A program made the position numbers and the translations under genes. Positions 1 to 13,279 of a stretch of DNA of 64,000 nt are shown piece after piece. Position 1 is the first letter of the stretch. Each line of letters opens with the position of its first letter. The stretch is taken from the NCBI GenBank assembly GCA_051294375.1, contig CM119268.1, positions 9,126,718-9,190,717 on the forward strand, read 5' to 3'. The stretch is from Paraspadella gotoi (lineage: Eukaryota; Animalia; Chaetognatha). The notes beneath the pieces were generated by a model, which was given only the letters and a program-made list of their open reading frames with translations, was not told the origin of the DNA and did not search any database.

Positions 1-180
1 TATTCTCTTTCATAATCTCTTGTGTGACACCTCACCGCAATCACCCGCAATTTTTCGTCATAAATGTTTTCTTGCATTCATCTTAGTTTCTCGCGTCACA
101 GTTTTCTCTTAAAAACTTTCACTCTCTCGCTATCGGCCGCTCTCAGTGAGAGTCTCACGCTGTCAAACTTTCACTCTCAC

Positions 181-3100
181 ATCCTCCCACACCTTGGAGG
201 CGGCTTCGAACCGTCCCTCTCGGTTCTCGTGATCGATTCCCATAAGTTTGATGATTGACGTCGCTTCTGCCAGAAGATCGAACACCATGTTGTATCTGGA
301 AAAAAGAAAAATTTATTCATTCTATCTTTCTCTCTCTCTCTCTCNNNNNNNNNNNNNNNNNNNNNNNNNNNNNNNNNNNNNNNNNNNNNNNNNNNNNNNN
401 NNNNNNNNNNNNNNNNNNNNNNNNNNNNNNNNNNNNNNNNNNNNNNNNNNNNNNNNNNNNNNNNNNNNNNNNNNNNNNNNNNNNNNNNNNNNNNNNNNNN
501 NNNNNNNNNNNNNNNNNNNNNNNNNNNNNNNNNNNNTTTTTTTTTTTGAAAAGTTTTTACGAAATCAAATTCCATTTCATCGCTTTATCATTACAGTTTT
601 CCCCCCAACTCACATTACGTTTCACATCTCAATCATAACATTTCAACTCTCTTTCATCAACATTCATTTCCTCGTCAGTCATTGGTGCTAAGCTCCACCA
701 ATCAGGATCTGTTAAACCATCCCATTCCCTCCAACCGCCGCCCACTTTTAGATTCTCAATCCTCTCGTCACGTCTTAAATTTTGAACCCGACTATCACAA
801 AAAATGTGACCCGATCCCGATTTTTCGCCCACAGATTCCATCCAGAATCCAACCGGATTCCATTCCTTTTCTCAAATTCCCACTGGAATCGAAAGAGCAA
901 ATTTTTTTGGGGGTCTCCCACCCAAAATCGCGATTCAAACTCAGACCGACTTCATGAAAAAACATTAAAGAAAACAACCCAACGTTCAAAGACTACCATC
1001 CGCCTTACTTTTCCGCCAGGTTTTCTAAAAGCGACCCATCTTAGCTTAAATTTAAAATTAAGTAAGTTTTTTTTAAAAATAAGATGAGGTTACAAATTAA
1101 TGAAAAGATTTATGGTTATGGATTAAATTCAGTGGTTTGATTATGAATTCCGTTAAAAATTTGGTTAAAGATTAGTTTAGGGAATAGATTCAAGGGTTAA
1201 GGGATTAAGTTAGGGATTTAAGTTAAAGATTAGACCTACGGACTAGATTAACCTTATGTTTTAAGATGGCAGTTACTAATTGGGTTGGATATTTATTTAA
1301 AACAATAACAAGAGTCGAAACATGTCCTAGCTCTCAGATTACATTGTTGTTAAAACGAAATTTTCGTTAATTCTTTAAAGTTAAATATTTAAATTAAAAT
1401 TAAGTAATTAGGAATGAAAATAGGTCACTTTCGTAAAATAGTGCCCACTTCTCTAGCGCCAAACACTTTCCCCCCCCCCAATACTCCCGTTTTTTTTCGA
1501 CCGGTGGGCGGCGTGTTTTTTCTCTCGCGTCAAAACAAACCATCGAAACTTTGAAAAATGGTGACGACGTCGTCGTCGTCGTAGTCGTCGTCGTCGTCGT
1601 AGTCGTCGTCGTCGTCGTCGTATTCGTCACGGTCGTCGTGATTGTCGTCGTCGTTTTCCTTGACTCACACCGATTCTAATACCAGTTTTTGGCATCGACC
1701 GACGCTTTTTCTCTCGTTAATCAAAAAATGGGAAACTGATTTTTTTTCCCCTTTTTTTTTATTTTAAGAGTTTTGTGTCCTTCTTTCTTTNNNNNNNNNN
1801 NNNNNNNNNNNNNNNNNNNNNNNNNNNNNNNNNNNNNNNNNNNNNNNNNNNNNNNNNNNNNNNNNNNNNNNNNNNNNNNNNNNNNNNNNNNNNNNNNNNN
1901 NNNNNNNNNNNNNNNNNNNNNNNNNNNNNNNNNNNNNNNNNNNNNNNNNNNNNNNNNNNNNNNNNNNNNNNNNNNNNNNNNNNNNNNNNNNNNNNNNNNN
2001 NNNNNNNNNNNNNNNNNNNNNNNNNNNNNNNNNNNNNNNNNNNNNNNNNNNNNNNNNNNNNNNNNNNNNNNNNNNNNNNNNNNNNNNNNNNNNNNNNNNN
2101 NNNNNNNNNCGTAGACCAAAACAAGAAAACAAAAGAGAAACAAGAAAACAAAAGAGAATCGGCGTCGGAGCGAAAACGAAGATACGAAAATCTGACGAAG
2201 CGTAAGACAAAAACTGGGATTTGCATTTCCGGCGTCGCGGCGAAAGATACGGCGCCATCTCGGCGCCCCTAATTTATTTAGGAGACAAGAAATTTTCCGA
2301 GTTAAACCTTTTTTTCCTCTCATCGGTTTAAATTTCGTTGAAATTTTAGGATCGCTGAAAATCAGAAATCCCGTTCGAAAATAGCGAGAAACTTTTTCCC
2401 ACGATTGCGAGCAAGGGATCCCTTATCGAATTAAGCGATAATTTGGGTAGTAGCGATCTTTTGCAATTTTCTAAGCCTGAATATTTTTCGTAATCATCAG
2501 GAATTAATTTAATTAATAAAATTGACCCAAAAGTTCCGACTGGTTATAAAACTGAAATTAACAACCGACACAACTTGAAACTTTCTATTCCCCTGCTTTC
2601 AAAAGCCTCCTGAACTTTGAATCACCCCGAGGACCGGTCTCAACATCCTGAAGACTCACTTGGCCATCCTCAACGCCTCCACGCCCTCCTTGATGGCGTC
2701 GAGATCGAGCGAGACTTTGCGGACAACGTCGTCGACGAAGAAGTCGCGCCCGATGCTGTTCACGGCCGTACTGTGAGAGAGANNNNNNNNNNNNNNNNNN
2801 NNNNNNNNNNNNNNNNNNNNNNNNNNNNNNNNNNNNNNNNNNNNNNNNNNNNNNNNNNNNNNNNNNNNNNNNNNNNNNNNNNNNNNNNNNNNNNNNNNNN
2901 NNNNNNNNNNNNNNNNNNNNNNNNNNNNNNNNNNNNNNNNNNNNNNNNNNNNNNNNNNNNNNNNNNNNNNNNNNNNNNNNNNNNNNNNNNNNNNTTTTTT
3001 TTTTTTATTCTCAGTTTTTAACGATGTTTAACTATAAAAAAATGGAAAGGAATTCATTAATCATTTTATCGAACGACTTTCATCTCCAGTCAGATATCAG

Positions 3101-5481
3101 TTTTTGTCATCTTCAGGTCGTAATGATCGAACAAGCTGGGGGTCATTGACATCTAAGTGTTGACGGCATCAGTTGCGATTCTTTTTGTTTATTGTCGACA
3201 TCGACGTCGTCGTCGTCGTCGTCGTCATTCGAATTCCACTTTTTTTTCTTCTCCTCTATTTTCGCTTCATAAAATTTTTATTCCGTGTCTCGAGGTCACG
3301 TGATCAACGTAGGCGGCGCCAGGAGTTCGTCTCTGGCAAAAACAAAAATATCCACAAAAAAAAGAAACAAGAACAAGGAGAAATGAAAAAAGAGGCAATT
3401 TTTATGTCGCGATGTTGTGACGGCGATGACGAGTCTCCAAGAAAATACTGAGCGTGAAAAATTAAAAAGTCTTCCCGCGAAAGAGATACAAATTGATGTG
3501 TCGAGAAGACATTAAATATACAGGGAGAGGGAGGCTTTTTGGCAACGGCCCACGGGGCGTGGAACATGGAAAAAGCATGAAAAGACGTCCGGTCCCATCC
3601 CAGTTTCGAGCGAGTCCAAGTAACGACGTTGGGCGCGTAACAAACGAGAAATCTAATTCTGAAAAATAATTATCAAAAATATTCTTTTAAAAAACGAAAG
3701 ACGTTCTCCTCATATCAAATATTTTAACGCATTAAATGGATTATTAATTAATAAAATTAAAACGAACCTCTCGTTAACGATAATCGTGAATTCGCGTAAG
3801 GCAGCAGTTTATTGATCAATTCTCTTTTCTCATTTAGTAGATAAGAATTATATAAAAAAAAAGCCAGGTCGCTCACCTTCTCGGAAAGGCCTCTGAGAAA
3901 GTCGGGGTTAATGTCCATTATCCAATCACGAAACCTAACCGGTTGTTTAATATTTAATGATTAATACTTAATTTTTNNNNNNNNNNNNNNNNNNNNNNNN
4001 NNNNNNNNNNNNNNNNNNNNNNNNNNNNNNNNNNNNNNNNNNNNNNNNNNNNNNNNNNNNNNNNNNNNNNNNNNNNNNNNNNNNNNNNNNNNNNNNNNNN
4101 NNNNNNNNNNNNNNNNNNNNNNNNNNNNNNNNNNNNNNNNNNNNNNNNNNNNNNNNNNNNNNNNNNNNNNNNNNNNNNNNNNNNNNNNNNNNNNNNNNNN
4201 NNNNNNNNNNNNNNNNNNNNNNNNNNNNNNNNNNNNNNNNNNNNNNNNNNNNNNNNNNNNNNNNNNNNNNNNNNNNNNNNNNNNNNNNNNNNNNNNNNNN
4301 NNNNNNNNNNNNNNNNNNNNNNNNNNNNNNNNNNNNNNNNNGAGAGAGAGAGAGAGAGAGAGAGAGATGATCAACCGCAGGTGGTCTTGGAAATGAAGCT
4401 TTGTGACGTCATCCATAACGTCATTCTCCTGTCATCGACCTTACTTCCGGCGGCGCCATAGCTGACAGCGCCCCATCTGGGCGCGTCCATCTGCTGATGT
4501 CCCTCTTTGGCTCGCCCTCACTGACAACACAATCTTTGGCGGTGCCATCGCTGTTTGTGCCATCTTTAGCGGTGCCATTGCTGACTGTGCCATCGTTGGA
4601 GGCGCCCTCGCTGACTGATCTATCTTTGGCGTCCCCCATACAAACTTTGGCGCCACCATAGCTGACATCGACATCTTTGGCGGTTCCAACGCTGCTCTTT
4701 GGCGACGCCCTAGCTGACAATGCCATTTTTGGCGATGCCATCGCTAAGAGTGTCATCTTTGGCGGTGCCATTGCTGACAGTTCCCTCTTTAGTGGTGCCA
4801 TTGCTGACTCTGACATCATTGGCGGCGCCCTCGCTGACATCGCCATCTTTTGCGATGCCATCGCTAATGGCGGCATTACTAGTTATTTGTGCCGCCGTCG
4901 ATTTGTGCCATTTCTGATGATGCTGTAGAAGATCGTTCCATAGTTTTCGGCGCCATTTCTCGATTATTTCGATATCGTTCGAAGTCTCGAAAAAGTTTTT
5001 CTCTTCAAAAGCAGAAAATAATGAAAAATATTAAGTGAGAAAAGATTTTATATCCGGACTGAGTCCAGACTGAACGAAGTAAAAAAAAAAAGCCACGAGG
5101 AAACTATTATTCACCAAAATTTCGATTAAAAAAATCCCTTTAAGAATCAGGCTTTCACTTTTTTTTTCAAACAAAACAAAACAATTTGATGAAAAATTAT
5201 GCGCAAAAACGAAGAAAATGGGCGCCATTACAAAGATATTACGTGACTTGGAAAATTAATTTGACGGGAAACTTAATTTTTCTTAAAGTTGTTTTGAAGT
5301 TATATTAAAAACCGACTGTCTTTGTTCAAAAATTCATCTTAGATATAAATTATTAATCGAACTTTGAGGTGAGTCAGAAGCCAGACCCCATTGGTATTCT
5401 TCTCACCTTCCCATTGGAAGAAGCAGCGAAGGTAAGGAACCCAAACGTATTCTGATTGGCTGATCGATCGAGGTAAGGCCG
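181..5481 (-). CDS. Multi-exon protein-coding gene (partial), unknown function, largely helical
   Basis: Seven AG/GT-bounded exons join in frame with matching phases: 5407-5481 (RPYLDRSANQNTFGFLTFAASSNGK), 4376-4428 (ENDVMDDVTKLHFQDHLR), 3877-3934 (FRDWIMDINPDFLRGLSEK), 3522-3652 (ISRLLRAQRRYLDSLETGMGPDVFSCFFHVPRPVGRCQKASLSL), 3300-3332 (DELLAPPTLIT), 2660-2770 (TAVNSIGRDFFVDDVVRKVSLDLDAIKEGVEALRMAK), 181-295 (YNMVFDLLAEATSIIKLMGIDHENREGRFEAASKVWED). The last exon either splices at GTGAGA or reads on to TGA at 163-165. No family recognised with confidence. Confidence 0.75.
4450..4885. repeat. Degenerate ~30-bp intronic minisatellite (consensus near ATCTTTGGCGGTGCCATCGCTGACAGTGCC)
   Basis: About 14 imperfect copies, giving 10-aa periodic translations (MAPPKMTLLA / FGGAIADSSL). 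It lies between exons 4376-4428 and 5407-5481. Confidence 0.8.
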
Positions 5482-6588
5482 CTAGAAGCAGAAGACATCA
5501 GGTCAGATCTTACGCTGTGATTGGTCCAATTTTCTTGATTTTGATTATAATTCGTCGGAAAAACCTTTACGTCCGCTCGGTTTATTTCGAAACTTGTTTT
5601 GAGTTTTCTATGACCTCTATTTCCTTTTTTTTCTTCAGATTTTGCGTTCTTATTTAATTTAATTTAATTTAATATTTTTTTTACTACCCGTTTTTTTTNN
5701 NNNNNNNNNNNNNNNNNNNNNNNNNNNNNNNNNNNNNNNNNNNNNNNNNNNNNNNNNNNNNNNNNNNNNNNNNNNNNNNNNNNNNNNNNNNNNNNNNNNN
5801 NNNNNNNNNNNNNNNNNNNNNNNNNNNNNNNNNNNNNNNNNNNNNNNNNNNNNNNNNNNNNNNNNNNNNNNNNNNNNNNNNNNNNNNNNNNNNNNNNNNN
5901 NNNNNNNNNNNNNNNNNNNNNNNNNNNNNNNNNNNNNNNNNNNNNNNNNNNNNNNNNNNNNNNNNNNNNNNNNNNNNNNNNNNNNNNNNNNNNNNNNNNN
6001 NNNNNNNNNNNNNNNNNNNNNNNNNNNNNNNNNNNNNNNNNNNNNNNNNNNNNNNNNNNNNNNNNNNNNNNNNNNNNNNNNNNNNNNNNNNNNNNNNNNN
6101 NNNNNNNNNNNNNNNNNNNNNNNNNNNNNNNNNNNNNNNNNNNNNNNNNNNNNNNNNNNNNNNNNNNNNNNNNNNNNNNNNNNNNNNNNNNNNNNNNNNN
6201 NNNNNNNNNNNNNNNNNNNNNNNNNNNNNNNNNNNNNNNNNNNNNNNNNNNNNNNNNNNNNNNNNNNNNNNNNNNNNNNNNNNTTTCTTTCAAATAAAAG
6301 TCACCAGAAATTGCTTCTCTCAGATCTGAACTTCGATTTTTTTTCCTCCCATCTCCGTTTTGTTCCTTTCCTTTCCTTTCCTTTCCTTTCCTTTCCTTTC
6401 CTTTCCTTTCCTTTCCTTTCCTTTCCTTTCCTTTCCTTTCATTTCCTTTCCTTTCCATTTTCTACCATCTCCTTTTCTTTTCTTTTCTTTTCTTTCCATT
6501 CCATTCCTTTTCTTCTTTCTCTTTTCCTTTCCTTTTCCTCCAGTCTGGTCTCCCTAGTAAAGACTCTTTTCTTTCCTCCCCGAAAACC

Positions 6589-6701
6589 ATCGATCGAATG
6601 TCGCAGTTCGACTCCATTTTTCTCGAATCCTCGAAACGACTAATCTTTGTATACATTTAGAGTCGACTCCGGTGTAATCTTTCTTTTCTTTTCTTTTCTT
6701 T

Positions 6702-6732
<31 letters not shown>

Positions 6733-7138
6733 GTGCCAATTCATTTATTTCGTTCTATTTTTTTTACCCTCTTTTATTTAAATTAATATCGTTTTTTATG
6801 ATTTTTTCTTAGATCTTTTACACATTTAAAGTATCATTGGTTATATATAAGTATCATTGTATTGGCCCAGATAACGATAAACGATTACAGGCCTTTCTAT
6901 CTTTTTTATTCTTTTTTTTTCTTGTAAAATTGAGGATCGGAGGTTAAGTTTGGGTTAAATGGAACACAGTCTCGTACGCTTTGGAAAATGAATCCAAACG
7001 CTATTGAAGGCGAAAACCATTTGTTTACTTTTCCAACGGCGATTAAACCACTTTTGTTTATATATTTACTCTTTGTTTACTTTAGACGCCAAATTAAAAT
7101 GGAAGACGTGCGTCTTCATTTTTCTTAAACTAAAAGGT

Positions 7139-7213
<75 letters not shown>

Positions 7214-8151
7214 GAAAGGCAGAGAAACAGAGAGACAAACAGGCAAAACAGTCAGATAAAAAGCCACAGATAGACTGATTAATGATTGACAGAGTGGCGG
7301 AATGGCACAGAGTCATAGAAACAGAAAAAGGTAGAGCGTCGAATAGAAAGAGAGACAGAGAGACACCCAGACATCTAGGCCCGCCTGCGACTCGTCAAAC
7401 TCCGCCGGAGACGTCAGAGGAAAAATGACGTTTGAAGATTCATCGTCTCTTCGAGGAAAATCATCTCATCTTTTTATCTCTTCTGTCTCTTTTTGGAATA
7501 AATTCATTTTATTACTAATCTCCGTTTACAGATCAATATCTAAAATAAATCAGCTTTCCATATAAAGAATCCTTAATGTTTAACAAACAAAAAACAAAAA
7601 AGAGCCTTAAATTTAAAGAGGATCAAAGAATTTTACATTTTCTTATTTCACTTCTTAACNNNNNNNNNNNNNNNNNNNNNNNNNNNNNNNNNNNNNNNNN
7701 NNNNNNNNNNNNNNNNNNNNNNNNNNNNNNNNNNNNNNNNNNNNNNNNNNNNNNNNNNNNNNNNNNNNNNNNNNNNNNNNNNNNNNNNNNNNNNNNNNNN
7801 NNNNNNNNNNNNNNNNNNNNNNNNNNNNNNNNNNNNNNNNNNNNNNNNNNNNNNNNNNNNNNNNATTGATAGGGAAGCCAGGTACTCTGGGAGTGAATAA
7901 GCGAAACTGTGAGAGAGTCTTGATTGAAAACCTGCTATGTCATTATCTTGTAAGGGCGAAGAGGTCTTAAACCACCAAAGCCTGTCCAAAGTCAGGGGCA
8001 AGATATCTTATTTATTAAATGAATGGATACTTTTTATATTGGTTGTACCAATTTCATACGTATATATAACTTTCTTTAATTTTCGGGATTTCCTGTTAAC
8101 CCTTGACACGATTCCGAATTTTCTGCCGAACATCAGACCACAACAAAAAAC

Positions 8152-8192
<41 letters not shown>

Positions 8193-9440
8193 GATTCTGG
8201 TCTTTGGCGTCGCCAATGGACGGCAATTTTTAGAAATTCTTCTCTGCTTCGACGTCCAATTTCTCCAAAAGAAGAAAAAAAAAAGTTGGCGATTGGATTT
8301 TTATTGCGTTTTTTGGCTCCCAACGTCTCTCATAGTTCAACGGCGCCCATTCATCGCCGATCGTTCAGCGGCGACCATTCAGCAACACTCAATGAACCCA
8401 TTCAACGGCGCCAATTCATCGTTCAGCGGCGACGATTCAGCAACACCCAATGAACCCATTCAACGGCGACCATTTATACAGGCGCTCATTCAGCGGTGTC
8501 CCTACCGGAACGTCCATTTGACAGCGCGCATTCATTTCGCCGCATTCAGAAAGAGATCATACATTCACCACATCACTTATCACTGAGGGTCATCGAATCG
8601 GTCGCAAACACTGATAGATCCTATCAGTTATCTTGTCCATAGTCGCTTTCACCCTTTTATATCGTTCATCCAAAGCGTTTCTGACTAAGCTAAGCTCGCT
8701 TTAACATAAAATATCTGTCATTGAAATATATATATAATCGGTTGTAACCTTTCATTTTAGCAGCTTCTTACTTTCTCATTTCACGGTCCGCTCTGTCACC
8801 CCATTTTCACTCTCTCACTCTGTTACTCATTCGCCCATTTCCTCACTCCACTTATTCGCTCACTCACTCACTAACTCACTATGTCACCCACTCATTCANN
8901 NNNNNNNNNNNNNNNNNNNNNNNNNNNNNNNNNNNNNNNNNNNNNNNNNNNNNNNNNNNNNNNNNNNNNNNNNNNNNNNNNNNNNNNNNNNNNNNNNNNN
9001 NNNNNNNNNNNNNNNNNNNNNNNNNNNNNNNNNNNNNNNNNNNNNNNNNNNNNNNNNNNNNNNNNNNNNNNNNNNNNNNNNNNNNNNNNNNNNNNNNNNN
9101 NNNNNNNNNNNNNNNNNNNNNNNTCGTTACTATTTCGATTTTCGGTTCCATCTCAGTCTCGACCGACGGCGATTCCATTTTGGCATCGACGTCTCCCTTC
9201 TCGATCGAATTCGATGGAATCGCTTTGGCTTCCGACTTTGGAGACGCGAGCCTTTCGTTTCCTGGCAACGGATTGGTTGACGATTGGCGACGACGACGAC
9301 GACGACGACGACGATCACGACGTTTAATATAGTTGATTAATTTAACCGTGGATATTTAAATAGTCATCGCTAAAACAGCGAAATTTTATATAAAAGAATT
9401 GACAAAAACAACATAATTAAACGATAACATAGAAGACGAC

Positions 9441-9473
<33 letters not shown>

Positions 9474-9800
9474 GAAGACGACGACGACGACGACGACGAC
9501 GACGACCACGACGACGACGATGAAAACCGATATTTTGGAGCGGAATTCCTTCTGTGTTGAATAAATGACGTTTTTGTGAGCGGCCAAACACCGATTGACG
9601 TCAAAGACGAAGATGGCGTAAAGATTGACCTTGTTGGCGCTGATGATTTTGATAAGAATTGATAAGAATATATGACATTAATGATTTCCCTGAGGATGGT
9701 TGGTTGGAGGCCGATTTTCAGCCTTACCTTTTTTTTGATCAACGAAGCATAATTCCAAGTGTGGACATTTTGGACAATTTTGTCCAATTTGGACAAAATT
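6589..9800 (-). CDS. Candidate upstream exons of the 181-5481 gene
   Basis: Open coding-like islands, most ending at donor-like GT sites: ~9728-9800 (LSKLDKIVQNVHTWNYASLIKKK, then GTAAGG), ~9528-9650 (SSAPTRSIFTP...APKYR), ~9124-9261 (NERLASPKSEAKAIP...KIEIVT, running into a gap), ~7365-7465, ~6589-6645 (RFEDSRKMESNCDIRSM). The phase chain cannot be closed because of N gaps. Confidence 0.4.
7915..8025 (+). repeat. Dispersed repeat fragment
   Basis: ACCTGCTA..ATGTCATTATCTTGTAAG...CAAAGTCAGGGGCAAGATA..TTTATTAAAT recurs at ~48100-48185, and partly on the reverse strand at ~36580-36605. Confidence 0.65.
8335..8490. repeat. Short degenerate tandem repeat (~58-66 bp unit built from TTCAACGGCG/TTCAGCGGCG motifs)
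   Basis: TTCAACGGCG..ATTCATCG..TTCAGCGGCGAC.ATTCAGCAACAC.CAATGAACCCA repeated about 2.5 times. Confidence 0.7.
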
Positions 9801-11180
9801 ACTTGTTTTAATAACTGATACAGTTTAATAATTGATTTTTACCTTTCTAATCGTCCTTATTTCGATAGTTCCTCATGCGTTTGTCCCTCTTTCGATCCNN
9901 NNNNNNNNNNNNNNNNNNNNNNNNNNNNNNNNNNNNNNNNNNNNNNNNNNNNNNNNNNNNNNNNNNNNNNNNNNNNNNNNNNNNNNNNNNNNNNNNNNNN
10001 NNNNNNNNACGACGACGACGACGACGACGACGACGACTAAGAAAACGACGACGTCATAACCTCGGACTCCAAACCTCATCAATCAACGACGATCCACGTA
10101 AGAATAATAAGGGCGCCAACGATGAGGCCGCCGCATCCTCCGCCGCCGACGCAGCCGCTGCCGTTGCCGCCGCGGCCGCCGCGACCGTGATCCCGATTTA
10201 TGCTAATTTCCTTTCGTTCTATGGATTCTTCTTTTCTTTTGATTCTCACTCTCCTTCCGGTAATTAGTAATTACGATCCCGCGAGGGAGAAAGCGGAGAG
10301 AGAGAGAGAGAGAGAATAGGAGCAGAGAATTAAGTAATGCTACGGATCGCCCGTCGAAGGGAGAAGCGGAGGAGGAGAGAGGAGAGAGTGAGAAGAGAAG
10401 AGAGAGAGAAAGAGAGAGAGTAGAGCAGAGAACGAGAGATGAGAGCAGAGAGAGAGAGAGGAGAGAGAAGAGAGGGAGAAAGGATAAAGGGAGAAACGAA
10501 AAGAGAGTTCCGGGGAATGGATTGGGGATAAGACTCAGATAGATAGATAGGATAGATAGATAGAATAGAATAGATAAGATAGATAGATAGATAGATAGAG
10601 TAGATAGATACGATAGGGGATGGGATAAGACCTGTTAGAGTATGATTTAGACTAGAGAGAGAGAGAGGTGATGAAAGGATAAAGGGAAGAAACGATAAGA
10701 GAGTTCCGGGGAATGGATTGGGCAGAAAGATAGGATAGATACGAGTAGATGTAAGATAGATAGAATAGATAGGATAGATTAGATAGCATAGGATAGAAGT
10801 AGATAGATGAGGATAGATAGCATAGGATAGATAGATAGAGAGGAGTTGACAGAGACAGTGATGTGAGCCAATCCGTTATGGGATATGGAGGTAAACGAAT
10901 CTTCACCTAATCTAAGTCAAACTCATAATCTCAACTCAACTCACACTCCGATGGAGTAAATCAATTCGTGCCACAGCGAATTAAAAAAAGACGCCATCAC
11001 GTCCCAAACTCAGCATTTGGCTTCCGCCGTTTTCAAACTCGTTTAATGCCACCAGTGGTTACGCGGAACTGCCTTTCTCCCACCACGCCACCACACGATG
11101 TTGTTAAGAGAAAGAAAAGCAAGGGAGAAGAGAGAGAGAGAGAGAGTGGGAGAGAGAGAGAGAGAGAAGGAGAGAGAGAG

Positions 11181-11216
<36 letters not shown>

Positions 11217-11684
11217 GAGGAGAGAGAGAGAGAAGAGAGAAGAAGAGAGTAGAGAGAGAGTCGGTGTTGAAGGAGTGTCGTGCAAGCGAAAAACCGTCAA
11301 AGGAAAGGGACGCGATACTTTAAACTGACTATAAACTCTCTCTCATTCTCTCATCCTACTCTCTCGTCTGCTGCACTCTCTCTCTCTGCTCTCTCTCTCT
11401 CTTCTCGTCTCTCTGCTGCTCTCTCCTCATCTCTCGTCGTCTCTCTCTCCCTCCGTTTTAAAGAGAAGAAAAAAAAACGAATCATTGGAATTCTTTTTTT
11501 TTTCGCAAGCTTTTTTTTTTTTCCTTGTTTTTTTTAAGCGAAGGTTGGAATCCAGAGAACTTTTTTTTCTGGCACCCACGGTTTTTTTCCTCGCCTCCTT
11601 GCGTCCTCCTACAATATTTCTTTCTCTCTCTGCTCTCTCTTCCCTCTCTCTTCTGTCTGNNNNNNNNNNNNNNNNNNNNNNNNN

Positions 11685-11718
<34 letters not shown>

Positions 11719-13279
11719 TTCGTTTGAAGCCTTGTCTCAAAAATTGTCTACGACATTTTTCTTTATCCGTCATTTTTTTCTCTTTCTCCTCTTTATCTTC
11801 CTGTCAAAGAGTTTCGCACCTTTTATTTTATTTTCATTTCGTTCAATTTTAAAATAAATTTATTGTAATTTTAATTCCAGTCCTGGTTTCATATCACTTC
11901 ATCTACACTTTTTATTTCATACAATTTGCTTATATGTATTTGATATTAATACGAAACATTTATTCGCCTTTATTTCTACTTCACTCCGGCTTTTTTTTCA
12001 GTTTCACTGGTTTTCGAAAATTTAAAGTCTCCAGTGTCCACCCCATTTTCCTCACAACCACATCGTTCACTTAAGTTCGTCTCGTTTATCGTTTATCCTA
12101 TTACTTTTTATATACCTTTAAATATTATTGTATCTTCGTTAGTAATCATTACTCTTTAACCCTTAAACTCCTCAACTCTTTAACCATCTATTAACCATCT
12201 ATTCTCGCTCACCTTTTCGCCTCTCCCCACCACTCCTTACCCATTTCTCCTTCTAACCACGTGACCTTTCCTCACCTCGCGACCCCAACTAATGACCTCG
12301 CCCGTCGCATTCGCTTCCCCGAGTCCCAATCCTTGTCAACCTTACCTTTTGTGCTTCTCTCTTTTTTCACGTCAACTTTTTTTTTCCAATTTTCTTTGCC
12401 CAAAAATATCTCACAGATCCGACATGCGTCATTTTATCTTTTATAATTTAAGTCTCATTTCAAGTAGTTTTGAGTTGGACCATCACTTAATTGACATTTT
12501 TTACCTCAGCTTTTCTTACTCGTTGGCTTCGTGTCGAGTTTTTTAATATCTTTAATCCGGCTATCTCTGCCTATTGATCGACAGTCATCCTAACTTGCCA
12601 GTTGTTTAAACTAAGCATAACCTTTAAACCAAGTATATTCTACTCTTCTATATTAATGTAATGGCTACGTATTTCCCCTACGCCCCCCCCGCGTTGTTTC
12701 TGTCTTTTTAGGCTTCTTAACTTACCTCTAACTGTTTTTTTTTCGTTTTCCTTTCTTCTAACTCATGCTTGTAATTATATCATTATCGCGTCGTTCTTAT
12801 TTTCTCACGTATTTGAAACGCGCTACTGCATAATTTCCTATCTCTCATTCCCGCTAGTTCTTTCTTCTAATCGGTTGTTGACCTATCTCACTACTTTCCT
12901 ATCTCTTACTTTCTCGCTTCTTTTCCTCTCTCATTTCGCATTAAACATGTTCCGCTTGTTCTTTTTTTCTTCCCCCCCCCTAGTCACGTTTTGAACTCTA
13001 ATCCTCCACTCTCTTAATCTCTAGCTGTCTCGTTTTTTTTTCCGTCTCTCATCTCGCATCTAAACTATTCCGCTTGTTAGCTGTTCTTCGCTATGCTTGT
13101 GTGAAACCAGTATCGGTCCCGCACATCTCTGCGCTCCTATCTCGATACTATCTCTTTTTTTTTCCTCCTCTCATCTGTACATTAAATCATCTTTTCCCCG
13201 CGCGGATCGCGCCGCGGAAGAGTTTCGCTCTGTTCCCCCGAGTCTCGACAACTCCCGTTGGTGTTTTTCATGAAAGCCG

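Noticed and set aside
10100-10200. GC-rich poly-Ala/Gly-like island as an exon
   Set aside because: No convincing splice boundaries on either strand; flanked by a gap and noisy sequence.
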